From Bacteroidota bacterium (lineage in GTDB: Bacteria > Bacteroidota > Bacteroidia > Chitinophagales > Chitinophagaceae): DNA of 64,000 bases. The stretch is from the NCBI GenBank assembly GCA_031411115.1, contig JANOAO010000072.1, positions 34,112 to 98,111 of the forward strand. The letters run 5' to 3'. Shown in pieces: positions 17,497 through 26,950 of this stretch (its first letter is position 1; each line of letters starts with the position of its first letter). The notes below the pieces were generated by a model that searched no databases, was not told the origin of the DNA, and saw only the letters and a list, made by a program, of their open reading frames with translations. The translations under genes were made by a program, and so were the position numbers.

Positions 17497-19758
17497 TTAC
17501 AAATTATTATTGATGGCATCTTCTGTTCTGTCTATACCAAAACTGATGAAGCAACCTATGAATACAAATCTTTTAGAAGGCGGACCAACTTCCGCTTTGC
17601 GATTAGAAAGTGTTGCGTAGTTATAACTGAACACCTGCTTTTGTCCAAGTACATTTGAAATCGACAATACCCATACAATAAATTTCTTTGCATTCTGATC
17701 GCCGAGTTTTGGCAAATAATTTACACTGAAAGCAAGGTTATTATAAGGAATCGTTTTGCCCTGATCTGCGATCTCGTATTTATTGTTTTGCGTATTATAA
17801 TTGAATTGATAATAGGGTCTTCCGGTTGCATAAGTATAACTGAGATTAAAACCCGTCTTCCATTTCAAAACAAATTTTTTCATCACCAGTGATGCTGTGT
17901 GAGCAGTTGCAAATGAAGGCTGAATAGCAAATGGATAATTTAAGAAATCACGTTTTGTATCGAGGTACGAATATGAAATCCAATAATCAAGATTTTTAAT
18001 AGAAGCTTTATCTCTCCAGAAAAACTCTATACCTTTTGCAAAGCCCCTTCCGTTATTGTTACCGGCAACCAATCTTCCCCTTCCATTATCGGTAGTTTTT
18101 ATAAGATCATCATAATCTTTATAAAATATTTCTGCACGGAAACTTTTGTTTTTTGTTAACCGCTGATATTGTATAATATAATGCGCTGCCTTTGAAAATT
18201 GAATACTATCATTAACAGCGGGTAAATATTTTGATTCTGGATTTTGGTAAAAAATGCCATATGCAAAAGATGCCTGGCTTTTATCATTTATTTTGTAAGA
18301 CAAAGACAAACGCGGTGCTACATTCCATTGATCAATCAGCCTGTCATACTCCGCACGCGTGCCCACTTTAGCAGCCAGATCATTGGTAAGATATACATCA
18401 GTTTCTGCAAAGGCAGCGGTGAGACGATCATTTAATTTTTCTGAAAAACGGCTGCCATCATATAATGTAAAATGGGAAGTTTCTTTACTGATAAAATGAT
18501 CAGCACCAAAACGGATCATATTCAATCCTGCTAATTTTTTTTCCACTACCATTCTGCCCTGAAGAAAGGATGCATTGGTTTCAAGATCAAAATTTTTGAA
18601 TGCATATCCAGAGGGATTGGTGATCAGCAATTTTTCGCCTTCTGCATTTTGTAATTCATTTTGAAAATTATCCCGGTTATTTGAATAACTCAATGCAAGT
18701 GTGATCTTCCACCCTTTACCTAACCTTTCGCGCCAATGTATGTTTTGATAAATATTGATGTTTCTTAACCGGAGGGCATTGTTGAAATCTGTTGAGTCAA
18801 TATCCTGATCCCTGATTCCCACCCTGCTCCAGTTGGCATATCCATAATACTTTATAAACCCGTTATTGGTTTTGATTCTGAAATTCGCATCACCATTATG
18901 GTACAATGGCGCATTAAAGAAATCCTGTTTTTGTGGAATCAGTTTAAATGCAGGCCATAAATTGGTGTAATTATAAGTGACGCCCCATGATGACTTTTTA
19001 TTTTTGGCAAGTTTTTGTATACCGCCGCCCAGGCCAATTACAGACAGAGATAAATTAGCTTCCGTTCTTTCTGGAAGGTCTTTGGATTCGAGGATTAATG
19101 CAGAAGAAAGTGCCTGTCCATATAAAGCAGAATAACCACCGGAACTAAAAACAGTTCCTTTAAATAAAAAAGGGTTGAACCTCCCACGGGATGCTATTCC
19201 GGGGATGCTACTGTAAAAAAAATTATTGACAACCGTTCCATCAATGTATATCTTACTTTCCGTAGCTGTGCCGCCCCGTACGAATAAACCTTCCGTTTCA
19301 CCTACTTGCTGTGTTCCAGGTAGTGTTTTTATTGCTCCGGTAACATCTCCCTGCGCACTGGCAGTAGTAACAATATCCAATGCATTCAAAACTGTCCCTT
19401 TTTTCTGATCTCCGGCTTCAAAAGCACCTGCTGTGAGAACAACTGCTTTTAGCTCCGTTATCATTTCTTTCATTGAAAAGCTCAGAACGATAGGTTTTCC
19501 TTCCAAAATGACAATTTCTTCATATAATTTAAATCCGGTATATGAAAAAATAAGTACCTGTTTGCCCGATTCCGAGGTTTCCATTTTGAACCGGCCGGCA
19601 GAATCTGAAGTAGCACCGTCATAGGTATCTTTCAACGTTACACTCACCCCACTTATGGGTTTGTTTTTAGTGGAAATGATGGTTCCTGTCACCATTGTTT
19701 GCGCAGAAACCAAAGTATAAAAACAAGAAATAAAAATAAAAATCAGGAGTAGTTTCAT
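17497..19758 (-). CDS. TonB-dependent receptor with N-terminal CarboxypepD_reg domain
   Basis: Start taken at MKLLLIFIFISCFYTLVSAQ. Contains GTIIS...PISGVSVTLK (carboxypeptidase-regulatory fold), a plug region (LPGTQQVGETEGLFVRGG), and a long beta-barrel. Confidence 0.85.
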   Translation of the reverse strand: MKLLLIFIFISCFYTLVSAQTMVTGTIISTKNKPISGVSVTLKDTYDGATSDSAGRFKMETSESGKQVLIFSYTGFKLYEEIVILEGKPIVLSFSMKEMITELKAVVLTAGAFEAGDQKKGTVLNALDIVTTASAQGDVTGAIKTLPGTQQVGETEGLFVRGGTATESKIYIDGTVVNNFFYSSIPGIASRGRFNPFLFKGTVFSSGGYSALYGQALSSALILESKDLPERTEANLSLSVIGLGGGIQKLAKNKKSSWGVTYNYTNLWPAFKLIPQKQDFFNAPLYHNGDANFRIKTNNGFIKYYGYANWSRVGIRDQDIDSTDFNNALRLRNINIYQNIHWRERLGKGWKITLALSYSNNRDNFQNELQNAEGEKLLITNPSGYAFKNFDLETNASFLQGRMVVEKKLAGLNMIRFGADHFISKETSHFTLYDGSRFSEKLNDRLTAAFAETDVYLTNDLAAKVGTRAEYDRLIDQWNVAPRLSLSYKINDKSQASFAYGIFYQNPESKYLPAVNDSIQFSKAAHYIIQYQRLTKNKSFRAEIFYKDYDDLIKTTDNGRGRLVAGNNNGRGFAKGIEFFWRDKASIKNLDYWISYSYLDTKRDFLNYPFAIQPSFATAHTASLVMKKFVLKWKTGFNLSYTYATGRPYYQFNYNTQNNKYEIADQGKTIPYNNLAFSVNYLPKLGDQNAKKFIVWVLSISNVLGQKQVFSYNYATLSNRKAEVGPPSKRFVFIGCFISFGIDRTEDAINNNL

Positions 19759-20029
19759 CAGACAATTTAATTTTTCAAACATAAACCAGTTTGAAATATA
19801 AATCAAATTTTTTTAAAATTTTTTAGCTTGATTTGAGCTTTTAATTTCCTGTTCTGTTGATATATTTTAGACTGTATTTAATTGACTATCAGCATTTTAA
19901 TGTTCTAACATTCGAATACATATAATCATTTACCCTTATTGATAATTTATGCACATGCCCAAAAAATTATTTGTTTATGTGGAGGCAAATTGTAATTTAG
20001 CAATAGAATTTAATGGGTTAGTAAGTACA

Positions 20030-20065
20030 AAGGGTCAGCAGAAATGTTGACCCTTTTACTTTTAA
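20030..20065 (+). terminator. Orphan terminator-like hairpin upstream of radA
   Basis: 8-bp stem aagggtca/tgaccctt (20030-20037 / 20048-20055) with a 10-nt loop, followed by TTACTTTT. No annotated plus-strand gene ends here. Confidence 0.4.
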
Positions 20066-20142
20066 AAAATTTTCAGAACGCAGTTTTTTTAATTCCCCTT
20101 CATGATTTTTTTTGTTGTGATGATTGCAACTACTTTTACTAA

Positions 20143-21519
20143 ATGAGTAAGTTGAGATCAGCTTTTTTTTGTCAGAACTGCGGACAGGAAAGTGCGAAAT
20201 GGTTAGGTAAATGTCCATCGTGTAATCAGTGGAATACTTTTGTTGAAGAAGTAATTGCAAAAAAAAATGAACCAGTCGCAAAAGATGAATGGAAAGATTT
20301 CAATGCAGATAAAAAAACAAAACTCGTTTCACTTTCATCCATCATAAGTGGTGAAGAAGAAAGAATTATTTCAGCAGATGCAGAATTAAATCGTGTTTTA
20401 GGTGGCGGTATTGTTTTAGGAAGTATTATACTGGTAGCAGGTGAACCCGGCATTGGTAAATCAACTTTGTTTTTACAAAATGGTTTACAATTACAGGATG
20501 TTGTAGTGTTATATATCAGTGGTGAAGAAAGTGCACAACAAATAAAAATGCGTGCTGACAGAATCGCTGCTCCTAAAAAAGATTTTTACCTGCTTACTGA
20601 AACCAACACACAGATCATTTTTCAGGAAATTAAAAAACTCCGGCCACAGGTGGTGATCGTAGACTCTATCCAGACTTTACAATCACCTTTTATAGATGCA
20701 TCAGCAGGAAGCATCAGTCAGATTAGAGAATGCGCAGCAGAATTACAACACTTTGCTAAAGAAACCAATACACCGGTATTCCTCATCGGGCATATCAACA
20801 AAGATGGCAACATTGCAGGGCCTAAAATACTGGAGCATATGGTGGATACGGTATTGCAATTTGAAGGTGACCGTCACCATACCTACCGGATACTCCGCAC
20901 ATTGAAGAACCGATTTGGATCCACATCTGAACTGGGAATTTATGAAATGACCAATACCGGAATGCGTGTAGTGAGTAACCCCAGTGAGATATTAATTTCC
21001 AACAAAGAAGATCAGTTAAGTGGAATTGCAATTGCTGCAACTATGGAAGGCCTGCGACCTTTGCTCATAGAAACACAGGCACTCGTTACGCAAAGTGTTT
21101 ATGGAACACCTCAACGAACCGTTACTGGTTTTGATCTGCGCCGATTACAATTATTATTAGCAGTACTGGAAAAACGCGGAGGTTTTCACTTTGGTGTGAA
21201 AGATGTTTTTGTAAACATTGCCGGTGGTATAAAAGTAGAAGACCCATCGATTGATCTGGCAATCGTTTGTGCTTTGCTCAGCAGTTATGATGATGTGCCT
21301 CTTCCTGCGCTAACCTGCTTTGCAGGGGAAGTTGGTTTGAGTGGGGAGATACGTGCGGTTAACAGAATTGAGCAACGGGTGGCAGAAGCTGAAAAATTAG
21401 GATTTGAAAAAATGATCATTTCAAAATATCACGCAAAAGGGTTTGATACTTCTAAGTTTGATATAGAAGTTATAGCGTTGGGACGTGTGCAGGAAGTTTA
21501 TGAATATTTATTTCAATGA
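20143..21519 (+). CDS. radA: DNA repair protein RadA
   Basis: Zinc finger CQNCGQ...CPSCNQW, Walker A GEPGIGKST, KNRFG motif, Lon-like C-terminal domain. Confidence 0.95.
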   Translation: MSKLRSAFFCQNCGQESAKWLGKCPSCNQWNTFVEEVIAKKNEPVAKDEWKDFNADKKTKLVSLSSIISGEEERIISADAELNRVLGGGIVLGSIILVAGEPGIGKSTLFLQNGLQLQDVVVLYISGEESAQQIKMRADRIAAPKKDFYLLTETNTQIIFQEIKKLRPQVVIVDSIQTLQSPFIDASAGSISQIRECAAELQHFAKETNTPVFLIGHINKDGNIAGPKILEHMVDTVLQFEGDRHHTYRILRTLKNRFGSTSELGIYEMTNTGMRVVSNPSEILISNKEDQLSGIAIAATMEGLRPLLIETQALVTQSVYGTPQRTVTGFDLRRLQLLLAVLEKRGGFHFGVKDVFVNIAGGIKVEDPSIDLAIVCALLSSYDDVPLPALTCFAGEVGLSGEIRAVNRIEQRVAEAEKLGFEKMIISKYHAKGFDTSKFDIEVIALGRVQEVYEYLFQ

Positions 21520-22217
21520 TGTTGCTAAAAAGATATTACGAATCGCTGATTCATTTATTATATCCGCATTGCTGTAACGGATGCGGAAGCGACCTTCTGG
21601 AAAAACATGAATTGATATGTATTTCCTGTAAAGCCTCTTTACCCAGAACATCATTCGCATCATTTGAAAACAACCCAATCGAAAAAATATTTTATGGAAG
21701 GCTTCATATCCGTGCCGCACACAGCGAATTTTATTTCATGAAGCACGAGATCGTTCAAAGACTTCTTCACCAGTTGAAATATAAAGGAAATCAGGAAATA
21801 GGTGAATATCTAGGCCATCTCACCGGCGAATCTTTATTAAAAAGTAATCGGTTCAAAAACATAGATGTGATCATTCCCTTACCGCTTCATCCAAAAAAAG
21901 AATTTCAACGCGGTTATAATCAGGCGTCCAGTATCTGTAGAGGAATTTCAGCCAAAATGAATATTCCAACACTTGAAAATAATGTAGTTCGCAAATATGA
22001 TTCACAGACACAAACAAAAAAAAACAGAACCGAGCGCTGGAATAATGTTGCAGAAATTTTTCAAGTAGAAGAACCGGAAGTTTTATATGGCAAAAATATT
22101 TTACTGGTAGATGATGTAATTACCACCGGCGCCAGCATTGAAGCCTGCGGAAGCAAGATACTGGGCATTTCAGGAACATCTGTTTCCGTATCTTCTCTTG
22201 CTTATGCAAGTAAATAA
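21516..22217 (+). CDS. ComF family protein (phosphoribosyltransferase domain)
   Basis: N-terminal Cys pairs (CCNGCG...CISC) and PRTase motif LLVDDVITTGAS. ATGA overlap with radA. Confidence 0.8.
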   Translation: MMLLKRYYESLIHLLYPHCCNGCGSDLLEKHELICISCKASLPRTSFASFENNPIEKIFYGRLHIRAAHSEFYFMKHEIVQRLLHQLKYKGNQEIGEYLGHLTGESLLKSNRFKNIDVIIPLPLHPKKEFQRGYNQASSICRGISAKMNIPTLENNVVRKYDSQTQTKKNRTERWNNVAEIFQVEEPEVLYGKNILLVDDVITTGASIEACGSKILGISGTSVSVSSLAYASK

Positions 22218-22234
22218 GTTATTGTAGATTTGTT

Positions 22235-23635
22235 ATGATGCGAATATTATTTTCATTTGTTGTATTGTTTTTTATTTGTTTTTCCTCGTGTAAAAAAGAT
22301 GCTTTTATTACAAGTGCCGATGCGCTTTTACGGCTCAGTGAAGATTCAATAAAATTTGATACGGTATTTACAACTACCGGTTCCATTACCCAAAGTTTTA
22401 AAATCATCAATAATAATGATCAGAAATTAAAGATCAGTTCCATTAAATTAATGGGTGCACCTAATTCTGCATATTCATTGAATATTGATGGTATCAACGC
22501 CAATGAGTTAACACAACTCGAAATGGAAGCGAACGACAGTATATATGTTTTTGTGACAGTACGAATAAATCCAACCGCAGCAAATTTGCCATTTTTGATC
22601 AACGACAGTATATCCATTATATATAATGGTAATCAAAAATTTGTACAACTGCAGGCCTATGGACAAAATGCTCATTTCCTTAATAATACACTGATACAAG
22701 GAAATATGATCTGGAACAATGATCTTCCTTATGTGATCACCGGGAATTTCCGGATAGATACCACCGCTTCTTTACAGATAAATGCGGGCACTAAAATATA
22801 TGTAAAAGCAAATACGCCTTTTATTGTTGATGGTACTTTAAAGATTAATGGTACGTATGGTGAGCCGGTGATTTTCAGGGGCGACAGATTGGATGAATAT
22901 TATCGTGATATACCAGGCGGATGGCAAGGCATACAATTTCGTTCAACAAGTGTTGATAATGTAGCCAGCTTCGCAACTTTTAAAAATGCATTTCAGGCAT
23001 TAAGGATAGAATCTCCATCTCTTAATGCTAATCCGAAATTATTGTTACACCAATGTATTATAGAAAATGCTTTTGATGCCGGGATATATGCTATTAATAG
23101 TTCTGTTCAGGCAGACAATTCCCTGTTCAGCAATTGTACCTATAATTTGAAAGCAGAAGGCGGTGGTAATTTTCAATTTACGCATTGCAACTTTGCAACA
23201 TATACCACCAGTTATTTATACCATACCAAACCGGCAATTTTTTTATCGGATACCTATACCTTAAATGGAGTTTCCTATTTTAATGATGTTACAGCGGATT
23301 TTACGAACTGTATTATTTGGGGGGACAATTCTTCCCTTGATACTGAAATGGAAATTGTAAAAAACGGCAATACAACATTTAATGTAACACTTGACCACAG
23401 TTTGTTGAAAGCGCTGTCGGATCCGCCACATACCAACTTTATTTCCGTTATCAGAAATGAAGATCCGTTATTCGACAGCATTGATAGCTATAATAAATAT
23501 TTTGATTTTAGAATCAACAATAATCCTGCTTCACCTGTTATAGATAAAGGAACAAATACAGGTTTCACAACCGATCTCGATAATAAAAACAGAAATGTGG
23601 GCTTGCCCGATATTGGCTGCTACGAAAAACAATAA
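22235..23635 (+). CDS. Hypothetical lipoprotein, probable parallel beta-helix repeats
   Basis: Lipobox FICFSSC. Repetitive N/G/T-rich strands. No catalytic motif recognised. Confidence 0.5.
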   Translation: MMRILFSFVVLFFICFSSCKKDAFITSADALLRLSEDSIKFDTVFTTTGSITQSFKIINNNDQKLKISSIKLMGAPNSAYSLNIDGINANELTQLEMEANDSIYVFVTVRINPTAANLPFLINDSISIIYNGNQKFVQLQAYGQNAHFLNNTLIQGNMIWNNDLPYVITGNFRIDTTASLQINAGTKIYVKANTPFIVDGTLKINGTYGEPVIFRGDRLDEYYRDIPGGWQGIQFRSTSVDNVASFATFKNAFQALRIESPSLNANPKLLLHQCIIENAFDAGIYAINSSVQADNSLFSNCTYNLKAEGGGNFQFTHCNFATYTTSYLYHTKPAIFLSDTYTLNGVSYFNDVTADFTNCIIWGDNSSLDTEMEIVKNGNTTFNVTLDHSLLKALSDPPHTNFISVIRNEDPLFDSIDSYNKYFDFRINNNPASPVIDKGTNTGFTTDLDNKNRNVGLPDIGCYEKQ

Positions 23636-23636
23636 T

Positions 23637-24203
23637 ATGCTAAAATACTTCTGCTTTATTGCCCTGCTGTCGTGCAATACACCTGCTTCAAAAACACAAC
23701 AAAATACCAACGTTATAACACCCGCTATGCAACAAACCTCTGTACATAACTTCAAAGTAAAATCATTAACAGGCGAAGAAATTAATTTTGCTTCTTTCAA
23801 AGGAAAAAAAATATTGATCGTAAACACCGCCTCTGAATGTGGCTATACACCTCAATATGCTGAACTTGAAAAATTGTATCAGCAATATCAAAACAAACTG
23901 GTAATTGTGGGATTTCCTGCCAATGATTTTGGCGGACAGGAACCGGGAAGCAATACAGAGATCAAATCTTTTTGTCAGAAAAATTATGGTGTTACTTTTC
24001 CAATGGCTGAAAAAATAACAGTGAAAGGAAATGATATAGCCCCTGTGTATAACTGGCTTACACACAAGGAACTGAATGGTGTGCTTGACGCAGAGATAAA
24101 ATGGAACTTCAATAAATTTTTGTTAGACGAGGAAGGCCGGTTAATTAAAAAATTCGACAGTGGTGTAAACCCGCTCAGCGATGATATCGTGAAATTGTTA
24201 TAA
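23637..24203 (+). CDS. Glutathione peroxidase (Cys-type)
   Basis: Start taken at MLKYFCFIALLSC. Motifs NTASECGYT and FPANDFGGQEPG. The active-site residue is Cys (TGT), not Sec. Confidence 0.9.
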   Translation: MLKYFCFIALLSCNTPASKTQQNTNVITPAMQQTSVHNFKVKSLTGEEINFASFKGKKILIVNTASECGYTPQYAELEKLYQQYQNKLVIVGFPANDFGGQEPGSNTEIKSFCQKNYGVTFPMAEKITVKGNDIAPVYNWLTHKELNGVLDAEIKWNFNKFLLDEEGRLIKKFDSGVNPLSDDIVKLL

Positions 24204-24231
24204 TCCATTTTCATTTTATTACTTTGCAGCT

Positions 24232-25437
24232 ATGCAATTCAGCAAGTTGATCGGGCAGGAAGAAATGAAATCACAATTGGTAAAGATGGTTACCGGTAAT
24301 CACCTGAGCCATGCTTTACTTTTTTTAGGAAAAGAAGGAACCGGAGGATTATCACTTGCACGTGCATTTGCCCAATACATAGTTTGCGAACGGGTACATC
24401 CACAGGAAAAAAAACCGGACATGTTTGGTTCGGCATTATTTAATACACCACCAGCAGCATCCGTTTTTCTTTCAGATTCCTGTGGCGAATGTGCTGCCTG
24501 TAAAAAAGCAGCGGCACTTATACATCCGGATATACATTTTTCATTTCCTGTAATTTCCAAAAAAAGCGATAAGCCGGTTTCTGCAGATTATATAACTGAA
24601 TTCAGAAATTTTATTACGGATCATCCATATGCAAATGCTTTCGACTGGCTGCAATTCATTGGCGCAGAAAACAGGCAGGGAAATATTAATGTGCATGAGT
24701 GTAATGAGATTATTAAAAATATCAACCTCAAAAGTTTCGAGAGCAGATATAAAGTATTGATCATCTGGATGCCCGAGGCTCTTGGAAACAATGGTAATAA
24801 ATTATTGAAAGTTCTGGAAGAACCGCCTCCGGATACACTGATCCTCATGGTTGCAGAAAACCAGGCCAGTATTTTAATGACCATTTTGTCGAGAACGCAA
24901 CTTATCAGGATTCCTTCACTTAGATCTGATGATATTCAGCGGGCACTGGAAGAAAAAGGAATCGATGGCATTAAGGCAAAAAAAATTGCAAACATCAGCG
25001 GTGGCAATTTTCATGAAGCACTTGCCTTACTGGAACACGCGGACGATGACTGGGAGTTAACTTTAAGGGACTGGCTGAATGCCATTTTGAAAACCGGACC
25101 CTCTGCACAGGTGAAATGGATTGATGAAATCGCTAAAACCGGTCGGGAAAAGCAAAAACAATTTTTAAAATATTTTACACACTTACTTGAACATGCTATC
25201 CGGATTAATGCCTTAGGAATCGAATTAGCAGCAGCCACAGAATCAGGATCAACTACTGATTTTGCAGTAAGGCTAAACAAAATATGCTCGTTAGAACAAC
25301 AGGAAGCCATCGTTAAGGAAATGGATGCAGCTACTTATTATATTGAACGAAATGCCAACGCTAAGTTGTTATTTCACGCGCTTACCATCCGGTTATATCA
25401 CATTATCAGCAACAAAACATTAATTTTGGTAAATTGA
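24232..25437 (+). CDS. holB: DNA polymerase III subunit delta'
   Basis: HALLFLGKEGTGG, Cys cluster CGECAACKK, ILSRTQ sensor motif. Confidence 0.85.
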   Translation: MQFSKLIGQEEMKSQLVKMVTGNHLSHALLFLGKEGTGGLSLARAFAQYIVCERVHPQEKKPDMFGSALFNTPPAASVFLSDSCGECAACKKAAALIHPDIHFSFPVISKKSDKPVSADYITEFRNFITDHPYANAFDWLQFIGAENRQGNINVHECNEIIKNINLKSFESRYKVLIIWMPEALGNNGNKLLKVLEEPPPDTLILMVAENQASILMTILSRTQLIRIPSLRSDDIQRALEEKGIDGIKAKKIANISGGNFHEALALLEHADDDWELTLRDWLNAILKTGPSAQVKWIDEIAKTGREKQKQFLKYFTHLLEHAIRINALGIELAAATESGSTTDFAVRLNKICSLEQQEAIVKEMDAATYYIERNANAKLLFHALTIRLYHIISNKTLILVN

Positions 25438-25514
25438 GTTTGATCTGGCCATGCCTTTTCAAATAGATAAAAGACAAAAGTCTCAAACATTTTTAATTGT
25501 ATAAATCTATATAA

Positions 25515-26939
25515 ATGGGTTGTGGAAGTTGTGGAAGTGGCAGTACCCCGGGTGGTTGTCAAAGCCATGGGAATTGTGCAAGCGGCGGTTGCAATAGAAT
25601 GAATGTACATGACTGGCTGGCAAATCTGCCTTATGCAGATCCTGAAAGCAGTTGCCGGATCGTTGAAATATCCTTTAATAATGGTAGTCGAAAAGATTAC
25701 TTTAAAAATTCTTCATTACATTATTTTGAAAAAGGCCAGATGGTGGCTGTTGAAGGTGTTAACGGATTCGATGTAGGTATGGTTAATTTAACGGGCGAAC
25801 TGGTTCGTTTACAGTTAAAGAAAAATAATATAGATGAAAAAAGTCCGGATATAAAACGCATTTTAAGAATTGCGGTTGAAAACGACCTTGCCAAAATGAA
25901 AGAGGCCAAAGCTAAGGAAGCGCACGTACTGATTCGGAGCAGAGCAATGGCCCGCCAGTTAAAGCTTGAACTTAAAATGGCGGAAGTTGAAATTCAGGCA
26001 GATAGTAAAAAAGCAACTTTTTTTTATATAGCGGATGACCGCGTGGATTTTCGGGAACTCATCAAACTTTATGCTTCAGAATTTAAAGTAAAAGTAGAAA
26101 TGCGCCAGATAGGTGCGAGGCAGGAAGCCGGAAAAGTAGGCGGTATCGGCAGTTGTGGCCGTGAATTATGTTGTGCTACCTGGCTTACCGATTTTAAAAG
26201 TGTAAATACCAATGCTGCACGATATCAGAATTTGAGTATCAATCAAACCAAATTGAGCGGACAATGCGGCCGTTTAAAATGTTGTTTGAATTATGAATTG
26301 GATACCTACCTGGATGCATTACAATTTTTTCCCAATGACGCTGATATACTTGAAATAGCTAAAGGCCGGGCTTTTCTGATTAAGAAAGATATTTTCCGCA
26401 ATTTAATGTGGTATACAATGGCTGACAGCAACAAGCATTATCCTGTTTCCATTGAAATGGTAAAGAAAATAAAAGCCCAAAACCGCGAAGGTATCAGGCC
26501 GGATGTTTTGGAAACCGCAGAGTTGCAAACCGGTAAACCAAAAGAAATTGAGCCGGAATATGCTGATCTTGTCGGTCAGATCAGTTTGAAAAGTCTGGAA
26601 AAAACCACTCGTAAACGTAGAGAAAAAGAGCGTAGTCAGCAACCACGTCCACAAAATAATCAAAAACCGCAACAGGCTCAGGGTACGGCTTCACAAACAC
26701 AAAGGCCACCCAGAACACAACAGCCAGGATCGCAGCAACAGCAAAATCGTGCACCCCAACAGCAAAGACCAGCGCCGTCTGATCAACGGAATAATCAACA
26801 GCAAAGACCACCACAACAAGGACAGCAAAGGCCGCCGCAACAGCCAAACAGGCCTCAGCAAAACCGGCCAAAACCGCAGGGGAACCGCCCGCCACAAAAC
26901 AAACCGGCACCACCCAACAATGATTCACCGGCTTCATAA
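25515..26939 (+). CDS. PSP1 domain protein (RicT/YaaT-like) with Cys/Gly-rich N-terminus and Q/P-rich tail
   Basis: MGCGSCGSGSTPGGCQSHGNCASGGCN N-terminus. PSP1 core (...GSCGRELCCATWL...GQCGRLKCCLNYE). The last roughly 115 aa are low-complexity Q/P/R/N. Confidence 0.8.
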   Translation: MGCGSCGSGSTPGGCQSHGNCASGGCNRMNVHDWLANLPYADPESSCRIVEISFNNGSRKDYFKNSSLHYFEKGQMVAVEGVNGFDVGMVNLTGELVRLQLKKNNIDEKSPDIKRILRIAVENDLAKMKEAKAKEAHVLIRSRAMARQLKLELKMAEVEIQADSKKATFFYIADDRVDFRELIKLYASEFKVKVEMRQIGARQEAGKVGGIGSCGRELCCATWLTDFKSVNTNAARYQNLSINQTKLSGQCGRLKCCLNYELDTYLDALQFFPNDADILEIAKGRAFLIKKDIFRNLMWYTMADSNKHYPVSIEMVKKIKAQNREGIRPDVLETAELQTGKPKEIEPEYADLVGQISLKSLEKTTRKRREKERSQQPRPQNNQKPQQAQGTASQTQRPPRTQQPGSQQQQNRAPQQQRPAPSDQRNNQQQRPPQQGQQRPPQQPNRPQQNRPKPQGNRPPQNKPAPPNNDSPAS

Positions 26940-26950
26940 TTTTACTGAAT

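Noticed and set aside
23637-24203. Possible selenocysteine in the glutathione peroxidase
   Set aside because: The active-site codon is TGT (Cys) in NTASECGYT. There is no in-frame TGA.
26590-26936. Repetitive CAA/CAG/CCN-rich DNA considered as a tandem-repeat or CRISPR-like array
   Set aside because: The repeats are short, imperfect and in frame within the PSP1 ORF. This is coding low complexity, not an array.
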